A DNA stretch of 64,000 nucleotides, taken from assembly GCA_049510215.1 (NCBI GenBank), contig JBEKZD010000011.1:28151-92150 (forward strand), written 5' to 3'. The notes below the pieces were generated by a model. The model was not told the origin of the DNA and made no database searches. It saw only the letters and a program-made list of their open reading frames with translations. Shown here in pieces: positions 33,211 through 43,150 of the stretch; the stretch's first letter is position 1; each line of letters begins with the position of its first letter. Position numbers and translations under genes: made by a program. Source of the DNA: Verrucomicrobiia bacterium. Its GTDB lineage: Bacteria > Verrucomicrobiota > Verrucomicrobiia > Palsa-1439.

Positions 33211-33397
33211 TGTCAAAACCGCTGAATCGGGGCCGAATATGGCCTGAAAATGACGGATTCGACCGTCAAAACTGCGACGGACTGGAAGAAATGTTCAATT
33301 TTGAAACTGCGCTGGTGCGACTGCGTTCTTGACTGGCCTGCTGGCCGTCGTTACGGTTGGCGGCTCGATAAACACAAATGGGAGATTCAGCTAGAGC

Positions 33398-34708
33398 ATG
33401 TCAGCGACAATCGAAAACGTAGCGCCTTGCCGCAAGAAACTGCGTGTGGAGGTCAATGCCGAGCGCGTGGCTGGCACCCGTGCGGAGATTCTGCAGGAGT
33501 TTCGCAAACACGCGGTCATTCCCGGGTTCCGCCCTGGCAAGGCGCCCGAGCCGATGGTAGATAAGCGGTATGCCCACGAGATCGACGAGGAATTACGCAA
33601 GCGAATCATTCCCGACACCTACCGCGAGGCGCTGGCTGAGAGCAAACTAAAGGTCGTCGGTTACCCACAGATCGAATCGGTCGAATACAAACCCGGCCAG
33701 CCGCTGGTTTACAGTGCCGCCGTCGATACCGCGCCGGAGTTTGGCCTTCCCGAGTACAAAGGCATCCCACTTGAGAAGAAGGAAGCGCCCGTGCGTGATG
33801 AAGATATTTCCAAGACCATCGGTGCACTGCGTGAGCAACAGGCCGACTTCGTCGCCGTCGAAGGCCGCGGGCTGCGCTCCGGTGATTTCGCGGTAGTGAA
33901 CTACAGTGGGGTAGCCGACGGCAAACCGATTGGCGAATTGGTGCCAGAGGCGAAAACGATCGGAGAAAGCAAAAACCTCTGGCTGCTGATTCAGTCCGAC
34001 TCGTTCCTGCCCGGCTTTTGTGACCAACTGCTCGGTGCGCAAACGGGCGAGAAACGCCAGGTGCTGATTGACTTCCCCGCCGATTTCCCACAAAAACCGC
34101 TGGCGGGGCGCAAGGCGACCTACTTCGTCGACGTGATCGCCATCAAGGACAAGAAATTGCCTGAGCTGAACGACGACTTTGCCAGGAAGATCGGTCTCGA
34201 CGGCGTTGAGAAGGTCAAAGAGGAAGTCCGCAAGAGTCTGACGACCGAACGCGACAGCCAAATCAGAGCCGATCTGCGGAAGCAGATTGTGGATTACCTG
34301 CTGAGCAGGGTCGAGTTTGATCTGCCCGAATCGTTGGTGGCACAAGAGACGCGCAGCATCATTTATGATGTTGTGCGCGAGAACAGTCTGCGCGGCGTCA
34401 GCAAGGAAACCCTCGAAGAAAAGAAAAACGAAATCTTCGGGTTCGCCACGAACAGCGCCAAGGATCGCCTGCGCAGCTCGTTCATCCTCGACGCGATTGC
34501 GCGGGCCGAGGGAATCAAGGTCGAGGAGAAGGAAATGGAAGAGCGCATCTGGCAGTTCGCGCAACGCTATCGCGTGACACCCGAGAAGCTCAAAGCGCAG
34601 CTTGCCGAACGCGATGGACTGAGGGAAATCGAGGAGCAAATCCTCGTGGGCAAGACCCTTGATTTCTTGGTCTCGAATGCTAAAGTGGAGGCCGTTCCGC
34701 AGAACTGA
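33398..34708 (+). CDS. tig: trigger factor
   Basis: 436 aa; N-terminal ribosome-binding domain, FKBP-like PPIase region; followed by clpP-clpX. Confidence 0.9.
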   Translation: MSATIENVAPCRKKLRVEVNAERVAGTRAEILQEFRKHAVIPGFRPGKAPEPMVDKRYAHEIDEELRKRIIPDTYREALAESKLKVVGYPQIESVEYKPGQPLVYSAAVDTAPEFGLPEYKGIPLEKKEAPVRDEDISKTIGALREQQADFVAVEGRGLRSGDFAVVNYSGVADGKPIGELVPEAKTIGESKNLWLLIQSDSFLPGFCDQLLGAQTGEKRQVLIDFPADFPQKPLAGRKATYFVDVIAIKDKKLPELNDDFARKIGLDGVEKVKEEVRKSLTTERDSQIRADLRKQIVDYLLSRVEFDLPESLVAQETRSIIYDVVRENSLRGVSKETLEEKKNEIFGFATNSAKDRLRSSFILDAIARAEGIKVEEKEMEERIWQFAQRYRVTPEKLKAQLAERDGLREIEEQILVGKTLDFLVSNAKVEAVPQN

Positions 34709-34754
34709 GCGTTGCGCAACAAGGAGGCAGGGGAACTGCTGAACGTTTGAAGGA

Positions 34755-35387
34755 ATGATCATGGAAAAAGCCCAGATTCTGATTCCGATGGTGGTCGAAC
34801 AAACCGGCCGCGGCGAACGCGGTTACGACATCTATTCGCGGCTGCTCAAGGACCGCATTGTCTTCATCGGCACACCGGTTGATGACAACGTGGCAAACCT
34901 GATCATCGCACAGATGCTCTACCTGCAGTCGGAAGATCCGGCCAAAGACATCAACCTTTACGTCAACTCACCCGGCGGCTCTGTTACAGCGGGCTTGGCG
35001 ATCTACGACACGATGCAGTTCGTCAAATGCGACGTGACTACTTACTGCGTCGGCCAGGCCGCCAGCATGGGTGCGGTGTTGCTCGCCGCGGGCACAAAAG
35101 GCAAACGTTTCGCGCTGCCCAACGCCCGCATCCTGATCCATCAACCGTGGGGCGGCGTGCAAGGTCAGGCATCGGACATCAGCATTCAGGCCAGAGAGAT
35201 TCTCCGCCTCCGTGATCGGCTCAACGAGATTTTCGCTCTGCACACGGGCAAACCCATCGACGTTATCGCCAAAGACACCGACCGCGACTTCTTCATGTCC
35301 GCAGCGGAAGCTCGCGACTACGGTTTGGTGGACGACGTGGTGAAATCACGACGCGAGCCCGAGAAGAAAGTAGAGAAGGCAGCCTGA
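34755..35387 (+). CDS. clpP: ATP-dependent Clp protease proteolytic subunit
   Basis: [20 protein letters not shown]...[14 protein letters not shown]...ILIHQPWGG catalytic Ser/His context. Confidence 0.95.
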   Translation: MIMEKAQILIPMVVEQTGRGERGYDIYSRLLKDRIVFIGTPVDDNVANLIIAQMLYLQSEDPAKDINLYVNSPGGSVTAGLAIYDTMQFVKCDVTTYCVGQAASMGAVLLAAGTKGKRFALPNARILIHQPWGGVQGQASDISIQAREILRLRDRLNEIFALHTGKPIDVIAKDTDRDFFMSAAEARDYGLVDDVVKSRREPEKKVEKAA

Positions 35388-35396
35388 GGAGTCGTT

Positions 35397-36683
35397 GTGG
35401 CGCGCCCGACCAACCTGACGATGTGCAGCTTCTGTGGAAAAACCCACGGCGAGGTGCGCAAACTCATCGCAGGTCCGGGCGTGTACATCTGTGACAATTG
35501 CATCAGCGCCTGCAAGAGCATCCTCGACAAGGAACTCGGTCACCAGAAGGGCAGGACCGGCTTTCGCCTCAATGTTCCCAAGCCGGCCGAGATCAGACGT
35601 CAGCTCGATCAGTACGTCGTAGGCCAGGAACGCGCCAAGAAAACGATCGCCGTCGCCGTTCACAATCACTACAAACGGATTCAGCAGGATTCTTCAGTCG
35701 CCGAACAGAACGGCGACGCGCAGACGTTTCTCAGCCAGCACAGCGATGTCGAAATTGAGAAGAGCAACATTCTATTGATCGGCCCGACAGGCTCAGGCAA
35801 GACGTTGCTGGCGCGCACGCTCGCCCGTGTCCTCGACGTGCCATTCTGCATTGCCGACGCAACGACGCTGACCGAGGCAGGCTACGTCGGCGAAGACGTC
35901 GAAAACATCGTGCTGCGGCTGTTGCAGAACGCCGATTACGACGTCAAGCGCGCCGAGTTGGGCATCGTCTACATCGACGAGATCGACAAGATCGGCCGCA
36001 AGAGCGATTCGCCGAGCATCACCCGCGACGTTTCGGGCGAAGGCGTCCAACAGGCGCTGCTGAAAATCCTTGAAGGCACAGTGTGCAACGTCCCGCCGCA
36101 AGGCGGCCGCAAACATCCGCACCAGGAATACATCCAGGTCAACACCGAACACATCCTGTTCATTTGCGGCGGCGCGTTCATCGGGCTGGACAAGATCGTG
36201 CAGCGGCGGATTGGCGGTCACGCGCTGGGCTTCGGCGGTCCAGAGGGCGCGGCCGACATTGCCGACAGGACGCGGGTATCGGAGCACGTCGAACCGGAAG
36301 ACCTGCTGAAGTTCGGAATGATTCCCGAGTTCGTGGGTCGCTTGCCGGTTGTTTCCGTGCTCAATGAACTGACCGAGGCAGAACTGATCTCCATTCTCAC
36401 CGAAACGAAGAACGCGATGATCAAGCAGTACAGCAAGCTCTTCGCAATGGAGGGTGTGAATCTCAATTTCACCAGGGACGCTCTTCAAGCTCTCGCTCAG
36501 GAGGCGCTCACGAAGGGGACGGGCGCGCGGGCGCTGCGTGCGTTGCTGGAAAAACTCATGCTCGATTTGATGTACGACATTCCGTCGCGCGACGACATCG
36601 CCGAGGTCACCATCAACCGCGCCGTCGTCGAAGGCAAACGCGAACCGCTGATCCGCAAAAAGCAATCCAAAGACGCCGCTTAG
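35397..36683 (+). CDS. clpX: ATP-dependent Clp protease ATP-binding subunit ClpX
   Basis: zinc-binding CSFCGK..CDNCI; Walker [15 protein letters not shown]; GTG start at 35397 or ATG at 35421. Confidence 0.95.
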   Translation: MARPTNLTMCSFCGKTHGEVRKLIAGPGVYICDNCISACKSILDKELGHQKGRTGFRLNVPKPAEIRRQLDQYVVGQERAKKTIAVAVHNHYKRIQQDSSVAEQNGDAQTFLSQHSDVEIEKSNILLIGPTGSGKTLLARTLARVLDVPFCIADATTLTEAGYVGEDVENIVLRLLQNADYDVKRAELGIVYIDEIDKIGRKSDSPSITRDVSGEGVQQALLKILEGTVCNVPPQGGRKHPHQEYIQVNTEHILFICGGAFIGLDKIVQRRIGGHALGFGGPEGAADIADRTRVSEHVEPEDLLKFGMIPEFVGRLPVVSVLNELTEAELISILTETKNAMIKQYSKLFAMEGVNLNFTRDALQALAQEALTKGTGARALRALLEKLMLDLMYDIPSRDDIAEVTINRAVVEGKREPLIRKKQSKDAA

Positions 36684-36708
36684 TGGGACAGGCGTCCCGC
36701 CTATCGAG

Positions 36709-36990
36709 TTAGGAACCGCTAATCAGGTAGAGAATCAGGTAGAGAAACACGATTGGTGTCAGTGTCAGCGACATCAACTCGCCGCAGTAAGCGAGTCTGA
36801 AGCCCCACCAAAGATGTCGATCCGCCGGATTCCATTCGCCGCCGAGCGCAGACTTAGCTTGGACTCCCCGTCTGATGGCGACTGCGGCAAGAACCACACT
36901 CAAGCCCGGCACAAGGACCGCCAGCAAGAAGCTCGACAAGCCCCACCGAAAACAACTGACCGACTTCTTAATGCCCCGGATTCTGTCCAT
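36709..36990 (-). CDS. small hypothetical membrane protein
   Basis: 93-aa ORF with hydrophobic segments; weak support. Confidence 0.25.
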   Translation of the reverse strand: MDRIRGIKKSVSCFRWGLSSFLLAVLVPGLSVVLAAVAIRRGVQAKSALGGEWNPADRHLWWGFRLAYCGELMSLTLTPIVFLYLILYLISGS

Positions 36991-37144
36991 TACTTTGCTG
37001 GAAGCGCTGCTGTTGTTTGTGATCGATGAGACGCAGTTCCTGTCGGAGTTGATGGATCACATTGCCATTGACGACGACCATCACGGCCAGTATTGCCACG
37101 AGTGTCACGACCACCAACGTTGCTGAACCCCGTTCGCTTCTCAT
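36968..37144 (-). CDS. small hypothetical membrane protein, start overlaps upstream stop (ATGA)
   Basis: MRSERGSATLVVVTLVAILAVMVVV...; ATG 37144 overlaps stop of 37141-37605 gene. Confidence 0.3.
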   Translation of the reverse strand: MRSERGSATLVVVTLVAILAVMVVVNGNVIHQLRQELRLIDHKQQQRFQQSNGQNPGH

Positions 37145-37605
37145 GGTTTCGCTCCCGTGACCGCTTGGAAAGTGAACAAGGGCCGCATGAGCACTTGCTT
37201 CTGCCCGCTGGCCAATTCCAGTTCCCAACGCCACGCGGTCACACGTTGCCGCGTTTCCAATTGCATCGCCGATGATTTCACGCCGCGCAAGGCAGCGATC
37301 CGTTGTCCGTCCGATGACTGTCGCCAGAGGACACCCTCGGAGACCGTGTAAACGATCTCACCGCTGCGCTGGGGAATAACAAATTGATCGGCAGTGGCGC
37401 GAATCGGCCCGGTGGCAGCGCGAACATCGTTGCGCCAGCGCTCGCCCGCGTTGAGAGCGCGCGCGATGTCGTCAGCATTGCGTCGCAGATTGTTGGAACC
37501 GCGCACGAAACGATGGTACGTGGGATAGGCCACGGTCAGAATGACAGTCAAGCACGCGATGTAAGTGAGCACCTCGATCAACGTGTAGCCGCTGCGCCGT
37601 TTCAT
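37141..37605 (-). CDS. pseudopilin-like protein (prepilin-type N-terminus)
   Basis: MKRRSGYTLIEVLTYIACLTVILTV; ATGA overlap with upstream gene. Confidence 0.65.
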   Translation of the reverse strand: MKRRSGYTLIEVLTYIACLTVILTVAYPTYHRFVRGSNNLRRNADDIARALNAGERWRNDVRAATGPIRATADQFVIPQRSGEIVYTVSEGVLWRQSSDGQRIAALRGVKSSAMQLETRQRVTAWRWELELASGQKQVLMRPLFTFQAVTGAKP

Positions 37606-37970
37606 TGTCCCACCGCCTCTCGCACGACCAGGGCGCCGTTGCGTGGACTGTCCGGTCGCCACTCCAGCCGCAATTGCTGGCCGTGCACGCTCAATACAAA
37701 CTTGCCGGACGGCAGGTTCTTTGCGGCCTCAGCACGGACGGGGTAGGGGAGGACGCCATCGCCGAAGGCGCGCCATTCGCCCGCGACCAACACCTCCATT
37801 TCGCTGTCCACGATCTCCATCGCCACGGCACGCCAGTAATAGACCCGACATGCCCGCTGTTCCTGAGCGAACGAATAGGCGAGGGGAATAACCGTCGCTG
37901 TGAGAATCCCCATCGCCAAGACCAACTCGATCATCAGACTGCCTCGCTCGTTATGTTCTCGTCTCACCAT
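37602..37970 (-). CDS. pseudopilin-like protein (prepilin-type N-terminus)
   Basis: MVRREHNERGSLMIELVLAMGILTATVIPLAYSF; 4-nt overlap with GspF-like gene stop. Confidence 0.6.
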   Translation of the reverse strand: MVRREHNERGSLMIELVLAMGILTATVIPLAYSFAQEQRACRVYYWRAVAMEIVDSEMEVLVAGEWRAFGDGVLPYPVRAEAAKNLPSGKFVLSVHGQQLRLEWRPDSPRNGALVVREAVGQ

Positions 37971-39094
37971 AGTGCCAACTCCCACACCACCGAAGTGAGC
38001 ACCTGAAACACGCCCACGGCAATCAAGCCGACGATGCAGCCGTTGAAGATGACCAAACCCGTCGTGATCACCTGCGAAGCGGCTTGCTCCAGTTGATAGG
38101 CTTTGGCATCCAACGCCTCGTGCCAGCCCGACAACGCCGCCATGAACCCGCCGCGGCCATGCGCCGCGTTCGTGAGACGCCACCGAAACTCGCCGGTCTC
38201 GTCGAACGCCTGCACCGCTTCCGTCAACGGCACACCTTCGCGTAACCGCTCCGCCACGAGTGCGCCTTGACGGATGAACACCCGGTTGTCGGTGCTCTGC
38301 GCTGCCAGTATCACCGCCTGTTCCTCCGGCACCTCTGCATCCAACAGGACCGCCAACATCGCCGAGAAATCGCGCTCCAATCGTTTCCGTCGCCACGGCA
38401 ACCGGGAATTGACCGCATCGCTCAACGGTTTCAGTACCGGTGCGAGCCATGGAATCCCTCGCGGCCCGCAGAGATAAACCAGCACGGCCGACCAGATTAT
38501 CGCCATCAGACCAAACTGGACGACGCTTACCAGAATACTGTGCGCCAACAGAAACCGCAGGACCGGCGGTAAGGGACCATTCGTTAGCTCATGCACGATT
38601 TCCTGAAGCTTCGGAACAATCACAATCGTGAGGAATGGCCAAATCAATCCGCAGAAGGGGTTCAGTGCCAAAAACAAAATCAGGTAGTTCACCGCGCTGG
38701 TGGTTCTGGACGAACGACTGGTCAATGTCCTGCGGCAGGCGGGCATGACTTTCCGGATATCGCCGACGTGCTCGCCGACCGCCAGCATTGCCGCCAGTTG
38801 GGGCGGCACCAGTTCGGGAACCTTTTGCAGGGCGTCGGACAACCGCAATCCCGTTTCCAGATACGCCGCCAGCAGAACGAAACGGTAGCCGAGCTTCTTA
38901 TCACGGGATTTGGCAATCTCCACGATTGCGGTCTCGGCGCTGTACCCCTCTGCCAAGCCGGTCTCCAACAGATCGAGGAACATGCGCGCACGCTCCTGTC
39001 GTCGGAGCGGCAAGATCAAGAGGCTGTAGGCTGCGCCGGCCAGCGCTACCAAGGCCAACAACCAAATGAGAAAGTATATGACGACGGCGATCAT
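37964..39094 (-). CDS. GspF/PilC-family inner membrane platform protein paralog 2
   Basis: T2SSF-type domain (FLDLLETGLAEGYSAETAIVEIAK...LQKVPELVPPQLAAMLAVGEHVGDIRKV) + TM segments. Confidence 0.65.
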   Translation of the reverse strand: MIAVVIYFLIWLLALVALAGAAYSLLILPLRRQERARMFLDLLETGLAEGYSAETAIVEIAKSRDKKLGYRFVLLAAYLETGLRLSDALQKVPELVPPQLAAMLAVGEHVGDIRKVMPACRRTLTSRSSRTTSAVNYLILFLALNPFCGLIWPFLTIVIVPKLQEIVHELTNGPLPPVLRFLLAHSILVSVVQFGLMAIIWSAVLVYLCGPRGIPWLAPVLKPLSDAVNSRLPWRRKRLERDFSAMLAVLLDAEVPEEQAVILAAQSTDNRVFIRQGALVAERLREGVPLTEAVQAFDETGEFRWRLTNAAHGRGGFMAALSGWHEALDAKAYQLEQAASQVITTGLVIFNGCIVGLIAVGVFQVLTSVVWELALW

Positions 39095-40122
39095 TATGAC
39101 AAAATTCCTATCCCGGCAAACGGCAAGAACTGTCCCAGTACTGCCTGAATCAAGGTGTACACTTGTATAAAAATCAAGGCCCCAAGCACCAGCACCGAGA
39201 CTGGCAACGCCGCTTGCAGCAGGATCTCAGTCCGGTATTCAGCGCGGGCATGATAGATCTCAGCCGCCCGTTTTAGCCCCGACGCCAAGTCACTCCGGGC
39301 GCTGGCCACCAGCCAGATGAATAATGGCGGAAAACGCTTGGTAGGCGCCGCCATGCCTGCAAAATCGCCGTGGCCGCTAGCCAGTCGCGCCCGCCATTGT
39401 GCCAAGTCACCGGCGACCGCAGAGTCTCGTTCCAAGTGCGCCATCAGACCGATGGTGTCATCCAAACTACAACCACCTTTCAGCATGATTTCCATGGCCG
39501 ATGCGACCTGCCAGAGACTGGCCTCGCGAAAACCCGGCAGCCGCCAGCGCAGCCGCGACTGCAAGCGCGGGAGTGCCGTGACAACGCCGACGGCAACGCA
39601 CAGAACTGCTAACACCACCACCGGCAACCACAGACCGATCGGAGTCGCTCGCATACTGAACTCGGTAAGTGCTGCCGGGAGCACCCATTGGTCAAACACG
39701 TCGGAAAAAATCTTGGGTAGAACGCCGAGCATACCGCCGAACAAACCAGCCAGAAGAATCGACAGCGCCAGCGACGCAACCAGCACAATCGCCGGATACA
39801 CCATCAAACCCTTCAGCCGCGTCCAGATCAGGTTGGCTGACTGGTAGTAGTCGGCCACCAACGTCAGCACGCCGGGCAGATCGTTGCTCTTGGCGCCGAT
39901 GGTGAGCATCTGGACGTAAAACGGCGGCAACTTGCGCGCAGCCAGCGCCTGCTGGAAGGGAGTGCCGTTGGCCAGATCGGCGCGAAGTTTTTCCAGTTCG
40001 TCCCGCAGTTCGCCACGTCGCATTGAGGCGCAGAGTTGGCCGAGCGCGCTTTCCAACGGGATGCCGGTGCGCAGCATCGCAGCCAGTTGCTGATTGAAAA
40101 AGGCAAATTCGTCGAGGTTCAT
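39094..40122 (-). CDS. GspF/PilC-family inner membrane platform protein paralog 1
   Basis: T2SSF-type domain (FNQQLAAMLRTGIPLESALGQL...FYVQMLTIGAKSNDLPGVL) + TM segments. Confidence 0.65.
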   Translation of the reverse strand: MNLDEFAFFNQQLAAMLRTGIPLESALGQLCASMRRGELRDELEKLRADLANGTPFQQALAARKLPPFYVQMLTIGAKSNDLPGVLTLVADYYQSANLIWTRLKGLMVYPAIVLVASLALSILLAGLFGGMLGVLPKIFSDVFDQWVLPAALTEFSMRATPIGLWLPVVVLAVLCVAVGVVTALPRLQSRLRWRLPGFREASLWQVASAMEIMLKGGCSLDDTIGLMAHLERDSAVAGDLAQWRARLASGHGDFAGMAAPTKRFPPLFIWLVASARSDLASGLKRAAEIYHARAEYRTEILLQAALPVSVLVLGALIFIQVYTLIQAVLGQFLPFAGIGILS

Positions 40123-41204
40123 AAGCCCAGCACCCTCCTGATTTCGGCTTCGTCCGTGAGACTGCGCCGCACCAACTCACGGGCAGCAGTTTCCAATAAC
40201 TCCAACGGCGTGACCGCTGCGGCTCCGTTTGCCTGCAGGCGGGAGCGCAGCGATTCATCCACTCTGACCCATTCCACCAACGGCACGCGGCCTTTGTAGC
40301 CCGTTCGCAAACAACTCTCGCAGCCTTCGCCCCGGCAAATGTCGCAAACACGCCTGACCAGCCGCTGGTTCAGCACCAGACCAAGCACCGACACCACGGC
40401 GAAACGGTCGGGGCACATCACCAGCAATCGCTCAACGACGCCGCGACACGAGCCGGCGTGCAGCGTTGTGATCACGAGGTGACCCGTCAGCGCGGCGCGC
40501 ACAGCGATGTTGGCGGTTTCCTCGTCGCGGATTTCGCCGATGACCAGCACCTGCGGGTCCTGCCGCAGAAGATGCCGGGCGGCTTTTGAAAACGTCAGCC
40601 CGCGCGCTTCGTTGACCTCCGTCTGCATGACGTTGGGAATGATCTGCTCGACGGGATCTTCGACTGTGATGATGTGCCGCGAGCCGGACTCGGCAAGGTG
40701 GCGCAGACAGGCGTAGATGGTTGTCGTCTTGCCACTGCCGGCCGGTCCGGTCAGAAGCAGGAGGCCGGCGCTCTGGCGGAGGAACGTCTCCAATTCAGCG
40801 CGGGCCGGTTCGGGGAAATTCAGTTCACGCAGCGACGGCGTGCCCGTCGTGGTGAACAGCCGCAGCACAATTTTTTCACCGGTCACGGTCGGGTAGGTGG
40901 CGACGCGGATGTCTTGTTGCGCGCCGACATCGGCCTTGTCGATCCGGCCATCCTGCGGAAGCGAATCCTGATACGTCTTCAGCCGCGCTAGGAATTTGAT
41001 CCGACCGAAAACGCGTTCAGCCGTTTCCTTGGGCAGGCTCGTGACAGGGGTGACGATTCCGTCGAGGCGAAAGGAAACCTCTGCTGATTCGCCGCGCATC
41101 TGCAGATGGATGTCGCTGGCGCAGACCGACTCGGCCTGCTGAATCAGGTCGTCTAACAACTTTGGAGCGACGACTTCCGACACGAGCCGATTGTAGCGTT
41201 TCAT
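40119..41204 (-). CDS. short GspE/PilB-family secretion ATPase (361 aa, lacks N-terminal domains)
   Basis: Walker A LLLTGPAGSGKTTT; Asp/His boxes ITVEDPVEQ, LVIGEIRDEETA, LTGHLVITTLH; C-terminal CxxC. Confidence 0.8.
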   Translation of the reverse strand: MKRYNRLVSEVVAPKLLDDLIQQAESVCASDIHLQMRGESAEVSFRLDGIVTPVTSLPKETAERVFGRIKFLARLKTYQDSLPQDGRIDKADVGAQQDIRVATYPTVTGEKIVLRLFTTTGTPSLRELNFPEPARAELETFLRQSAGLLLLTGPAGSGKTTTIYACLRHLAESGSRHIITVEDPVEQIIPNVMQTEVNEARGLTFSKAARHLLRQDPQVLVIGEIRDEETANIAVRAALTGHLVITTLHAGSCRGVVERLLVMCPDRFAVVSVLGLVLNQRLVRRVCDICRGEGCESCLRTGYKGRVPLVEWVRVDESLRSRLQANGAAAVTPLELLETAARELVRRSLTDEAEIRRVLGL

Positions 41205-41235
41205 TTTGGAAAAGCAAGCTTACTCTTGCGGAGGC

Positions 41236-41300
41236 GACACATCGCCGAGGTCACCAGCAATCGCGGCGTCGTCGAAGGCAAACGCGAACCCCTTATCGAG
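41236..41300 (+). repeat. degenerate duplicate of clpX 3'-terminal coding segment
   Basis: acatcgccgaggtcaccagcaatcgcggcgtcgtcgaaggcaaacgcgaacccc vs clpX 36592-36658; about 88% identity; encodes [21 protein letters not shown]. Confidence 0.7.
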
Positions 41301-41734
41301 AAAACATCTCGGCTGTTGAAGCTTTTTTCTCGGATTTCCGACCAAATGGCTCAAATTCCTATTCCCTCTGTCAAATGCTGGCCCCGAATGTCTGAGCACT
41401 AGCTGCTTTCCCCTCCGCGGAGGGAACGAAGGGGTGGGTTCCGCCTGCTCCGGATGCTTTCGGGGTAAACTTTTGAGGCGATGCATCGGTATCCGATGTA
41501 TCACCGGTTGTCACGTCCCCGCGTGTGCTGTGGAAAACCGACCCCGGCTCCTGCGGATTCCGTCAATTGTCAGGCGTTGACCCCGGCGACTAAAAAAGAA
41601 GATTGACGACGACGCCGAATCGCCGAACACTTGCCCCGATTAGAGCGGGGCTGCCCGCCGCCATCGCCAAGACCAGCGCCGCCGGGGCGAACCTGAGCGC
41701 CAGCGTTCGGCGAAACAAATGAGAGGAAATAAAA

Positions 41735-42376
41735 ATGCCACTGCATATCTTTTGGGATAACTCCAATCTCTGGGGAAGCGCACAGGCGTTGCGCCAGGTT
41801 CGAGAGCCAGATGTTCCGTGGGTCGCGCTTCGAGTCTACTTCCGAAACATCTACCAACTTGTGACACAAGATAGGCCCGTAACAACAAGAATCATGTCAG
41901 GTTCTGTCCCACCAGAATGCGAGGACCTTTGGGAATACGCGCGCCAAATCGGTTTCGAGACAAATCTCTTGCAGCGTGTCAAAACTGACGAGGACCAGCG
42001 CCGTCACGAACAAGCCGTGGACGAACTCCTTCACCTGAAAATGAGCAATGTCATCCTCGACTATGACCTACCACAGACGATGGTCGTTTTGTCAGGCGAC
42101 AGCCGAGAATCGGACTATGGTACAAGTTTTCCCTCTCAAGTATTGCGCGCCCTGCGAAACGGGTGGGATGTCGAGGTTTATTCCGCTAGCATGTGTATTA
42201 GCCAGAGAACATATTCACCAATTGTGCAAGAGTTCGGAACGCGATTGCGAATCGTGCATCTCGACGGCCAATATGAGTCAATAACCTTTGTACGTGGCGG
42301 TGAGTATTACGAGAAGGATGCCGCAGGAATCCGTACTTACTTTACTGTGCCAGAGAGAATTGTCAGGCCTTTGTAG
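41735..42376 (+). CDS. NYN-domain (LabA-like PIN-type) putative ribonuclease
   Basis: IFWDNSNLW (DxN) and MVVLSGDSRESDYG (SGDxD) NYN motifs; AGGA RBS; region GC markedly lower than flanks. Confidence 0.65.
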   Translation: MPLHIFWDNSNLWGSAQALRQVREPDVPWVALRVYFRNIYQLVTQDRPVTTRIMSGSVPPECEDLWEYARQIGFETNLLQRVKTDEDQRRHEQAVDELLHLKMSNVILDYDLPQTMVVLSGDSRESDYGTSFPSQVLRALRNGWDVEVYSASMCISQRTYSPIVQEFGTRLRIVHLDGQYESITFVRGGEYYEKDAAGIRTYFTVPERIVRPL

Positions 42377-42438
42377 GCCGAACCAGCCGCCGGACTTTAT
42401 TTCGCCCGAAGACGGGTGAAAAAGTCAGCGGTGACGTT

Positions 42439-43080
42439 GTGCCGATGAAAGAAAACAAACCGAAAATGCCGCATGATGCTTCCATCCGCATTGTCAAAAC
42501 GCGACATGACCCTCGCGTAAAAGTAAAGTCTGACGGTAAGCCGTGGGACTATTCAATCTATCCTGACTTGAGTCAAAGCCAGATCGAGGCGTTTCAGACA
42601 ATCGGAGAGACGCTGTATATGATTCAAATGGCCGAGAACGCCATCAAGATTTCCATTCGCTTCATTCTGAATGACGAAAACACCTACACAATCGAAGATC
42701 TCACAGCTCGCAATAGAGGAAAAAAGAAACGAACGCTCGGCCAACTCCTGCTGGAAGTTCGTAAATATTCAGATTTACATCCGCAGTTTGATGGGATGTT
42801 GGAGGCCTTTCTTGAAAAGCGAAACTGTTTTATCCACCAGATATTTTCTTCGAAAGAGTATGGTCTAAACAGCGATGAACAGCTTGCGCGCGTTAACGCC
42901 TTCCTTTGCGATTTACAGGATGATGCATGGAACGTTCAGAATGTTTTTCTTGGCTGCCTCAGACATTGGACGAAGGCGCACGGAATCTTTGACTCCCTCC
43001 CACAATCAATCCGTGAAGACAAGCATCTCACCCAGTTGGACGGGAAGGGATTTGAGCTATTATTGCGACAAAAGAAATAG
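42439..43080 (+). CDS. hypothetical alpha-helical protein with R-N-x3-H (HEPN-like) motif
   Basis: 213 aa, no recognised family; FLEKRNCFIHQIF fits HEPN Rx4-6H motif; low GC, adjacent to NYN gene. Confidence 0.45.
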   Translation: MPMKENKPKMPHDASIRIVKTRHDPRVKVKSDGKPWDYSIYPDLSQSQIEAFQTIGETLYMIQMAENAIKISIRFILNDENTYTIEDLTARNRGKKKRTLGQLLLEVRKYSDLHPQFDGMLEAFLEKRNCFIHQIFSSKEYGLNSDEQLARVNAFLCDLQDDAWNVQNVFLGCLRHWTKAHGIFDSLPQSIREDKHLTQLDGKGFELLLRQKK

Positions 43081-43150
43081 AAGATGGCACAACAATCGGC
43101 CGGAGGTTATAGAAAACCCCAGACGGTTTTCAAAACCTCAGCCACACCGT

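Noticed and set aside
33300-33397. Sigma70-like promoter (TTGACT ... TTACGG) upstream of tig
   Set aside because: The -10 hexamer is poor and spacing is uncertain; not reported as a feature.
41400-41530. Palindromes ccctccgcggaggg and gatgcatcggtatccgatgtatc upstream of the NYN gene as possible operator/att site
   Set aside because: Single occurrences with no second copy in the window; insufficient evidence for function.
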